Sequence record: PQ471516.1
Length of the DNA stretch: 64,000 nucleotides
Reading direction: 5' to 3' (one strand)
The position numbers and the translations under genes were made by a program. Of this stretch, positions 63,025-64,000 are shown piece after piece. The notes under the pieces are model-generated. The model was not told where the DNA came from and did no database searches. It was given only the letters and a program-made list of their open reading frames with translations. The stretch's first letter is position 1; each line of letters starts with the position of its first letter.

Positions 63025-63384
63025 ATGACCATGAAAGTATTTTTATTCTTTATCTGTATGATTTTTTGTGCTGTACAAGCTCATGCAGAACCACTGGCAA
63101 AGATGTTTTGTTCAGAGGGTGAAGTGCAACACGTTTATCAAGGTGATTCGGATGACCACGATATCATTTACATTGATGGATCGATTTATAACTTTGTAAA
63201 AGAACATACAGTTGGCGATGTAAGTTTTACAGAGTACGCATCAAATGTAGATAAGAATGAGTTAGCGTTTATCCAGGTTAACTTAGAAGAAGATGCTGAT
63301 GAAGTACAAGATGTTAAATTGGTTCTAATGCGTAAAGGTGCAGGTACTACAGAGTTTGGTGGCTCCTGTGTTTTTGATGGATAG
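63025..63384 (+). CDS. secreted protein (probable paralog of 62278..62640)
   Basis: Signal peptide ending AHA; IDGSIYNF versus VDGDVYRF. Confidence 0.7.
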   Translation: MTMKVFLFFICMIFCAVQAHAEPLAKMFCSEGEVQHVYQGDSDDHDIIYIDGSIYNFVKEHTVGDVSFTEYASNVDKNELAFIQVNLEEDADEVQDVKLVLMRKGAGTTEFGGSCVFDG

Positions 63385-63398
63385 TCTGGAGATAAAAT

Positions 63399-63590
63399 AT
63401 GTTGATTTATCAAGGTGATGGTATTCGTGTATTGCAGCATCCATTCCTTCAAGTCTTTGATGTACAGAAGTTTCAAGAAGGTGATGATCCAAGAACATAT
63501 GGACGTAAACATGATTACTTCACTGTAAAGCAATGTACAAGTATTGAAGAAGTTCGTTCATTGGTGAAAGAACTAGAAAATAATGGTTGA
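63399..63590 (+). CDS. hypothetical protein
   Basis: GGAG SD. Confidence 0.75.
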   Translation: MLIYQGDGIRVLQHPFLQVFDVQKFQEGDDPRTYGRKHDYFTVKQCTSIEEVRSLVKELENNG

Positions 63591-63609
63591 CTTCGGTCAA
63601 CCTTTTTTT
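63585..63609 (+). terminator. rho-independent terminator
   Basis: GGTTGAC-TTCG-GTCAACC plus T7. Confidence 0.8.
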
Positions 63610-63646
63610 GTATACTTAATTCATATTAATTGATGAGGGTATTGTG

Positions 63647-64000
63647 ATGCTGGTATATCGTTTTGAATTAGGCTTCAGTTATGTAGAAGAAAACTTATAT
63701 CCAGTGAGATCAATTGGGCCGTTCGCCCGTTACTATTCACGATACAGTACTGACAACGGGTTTGATCGTTTGCGTTTAGGTACACCACATGACTTACAAC
63801 CTGAACCAGAAAAGGATGGAATCCATTGCATCAAGCACGGTTGGTCTTTTGGCTGTGCATCAATTAAAGACCTTATTCGTTTCTTCGCTAATGACTTAGG
63901 TCGTTTGCATCGTTCTGGCTTTCAGGTTTTTGTATATGAAGTTCCTGATAATCATGTTGATGTTGGTGGACACCAGGTTCAGTACTACATAGGTAGTGCT
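63647..64000 (+). CDS. 3'-truncated phage hypothetical protein
   Basis: MLVYRFELG...FGCASIKDL..FF...GFQVFVYEV open to the window end; GAGGG SD. Confidence 0.7.
   Translation, partial: MLVYRFELGFSYVEENLYPVRSIGPFARYYSRYSTDNGFDRLRLGTPHDLQPEPEKDGIHCIKHGWSFGCASIKDLIRFFANDLGRLHRSGFQVFVYEVPDNHVDVGGHQVQYYIGSA

Overview
64 kb segment of an AT-rich jumbo myophage genome. Gene content (IF3, T4-type split topoisomerase II, GroES, clamp loader, DnaE fragment, TelA, sigma70-family factor) and sigma70 promoters suggest a GAP32/RaK2/121Q-like enterobacterial phage; this is inference, no search was run. Nearly all genes are on the + strand. The one minus-strand gene (49915..51072) has its strand mislabelled in the ORF track. 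About 1-21 kb holds core replication, virion and stress genes; about 21-64 kb is a dense accessory region with a tRNA cluster at 38.4-43.8 kb. Main observations: (1) a complete 230-nt group I intron in a phage tRNA-Ile(CAU) gene, followed by a free-standing HNH endonuclease; (2) at least 21 paralogous ORFs sharing a C-terminal EExFFQxS(L/T) motif; (3) two tandem arrays of ten ~55-aa MTHEEW-type microproteins; (4) several ORF-free structured ncRNA candidates, including a ~460-nt RNA, a pseudoknotted RNA, and an sRNA with three anti-Shine-Dalgarno loops; (5) atypical tRNAs; (6) strong window-wide enrichment of the palindrome AGTACT. No CRISPR array or IS element was seen.
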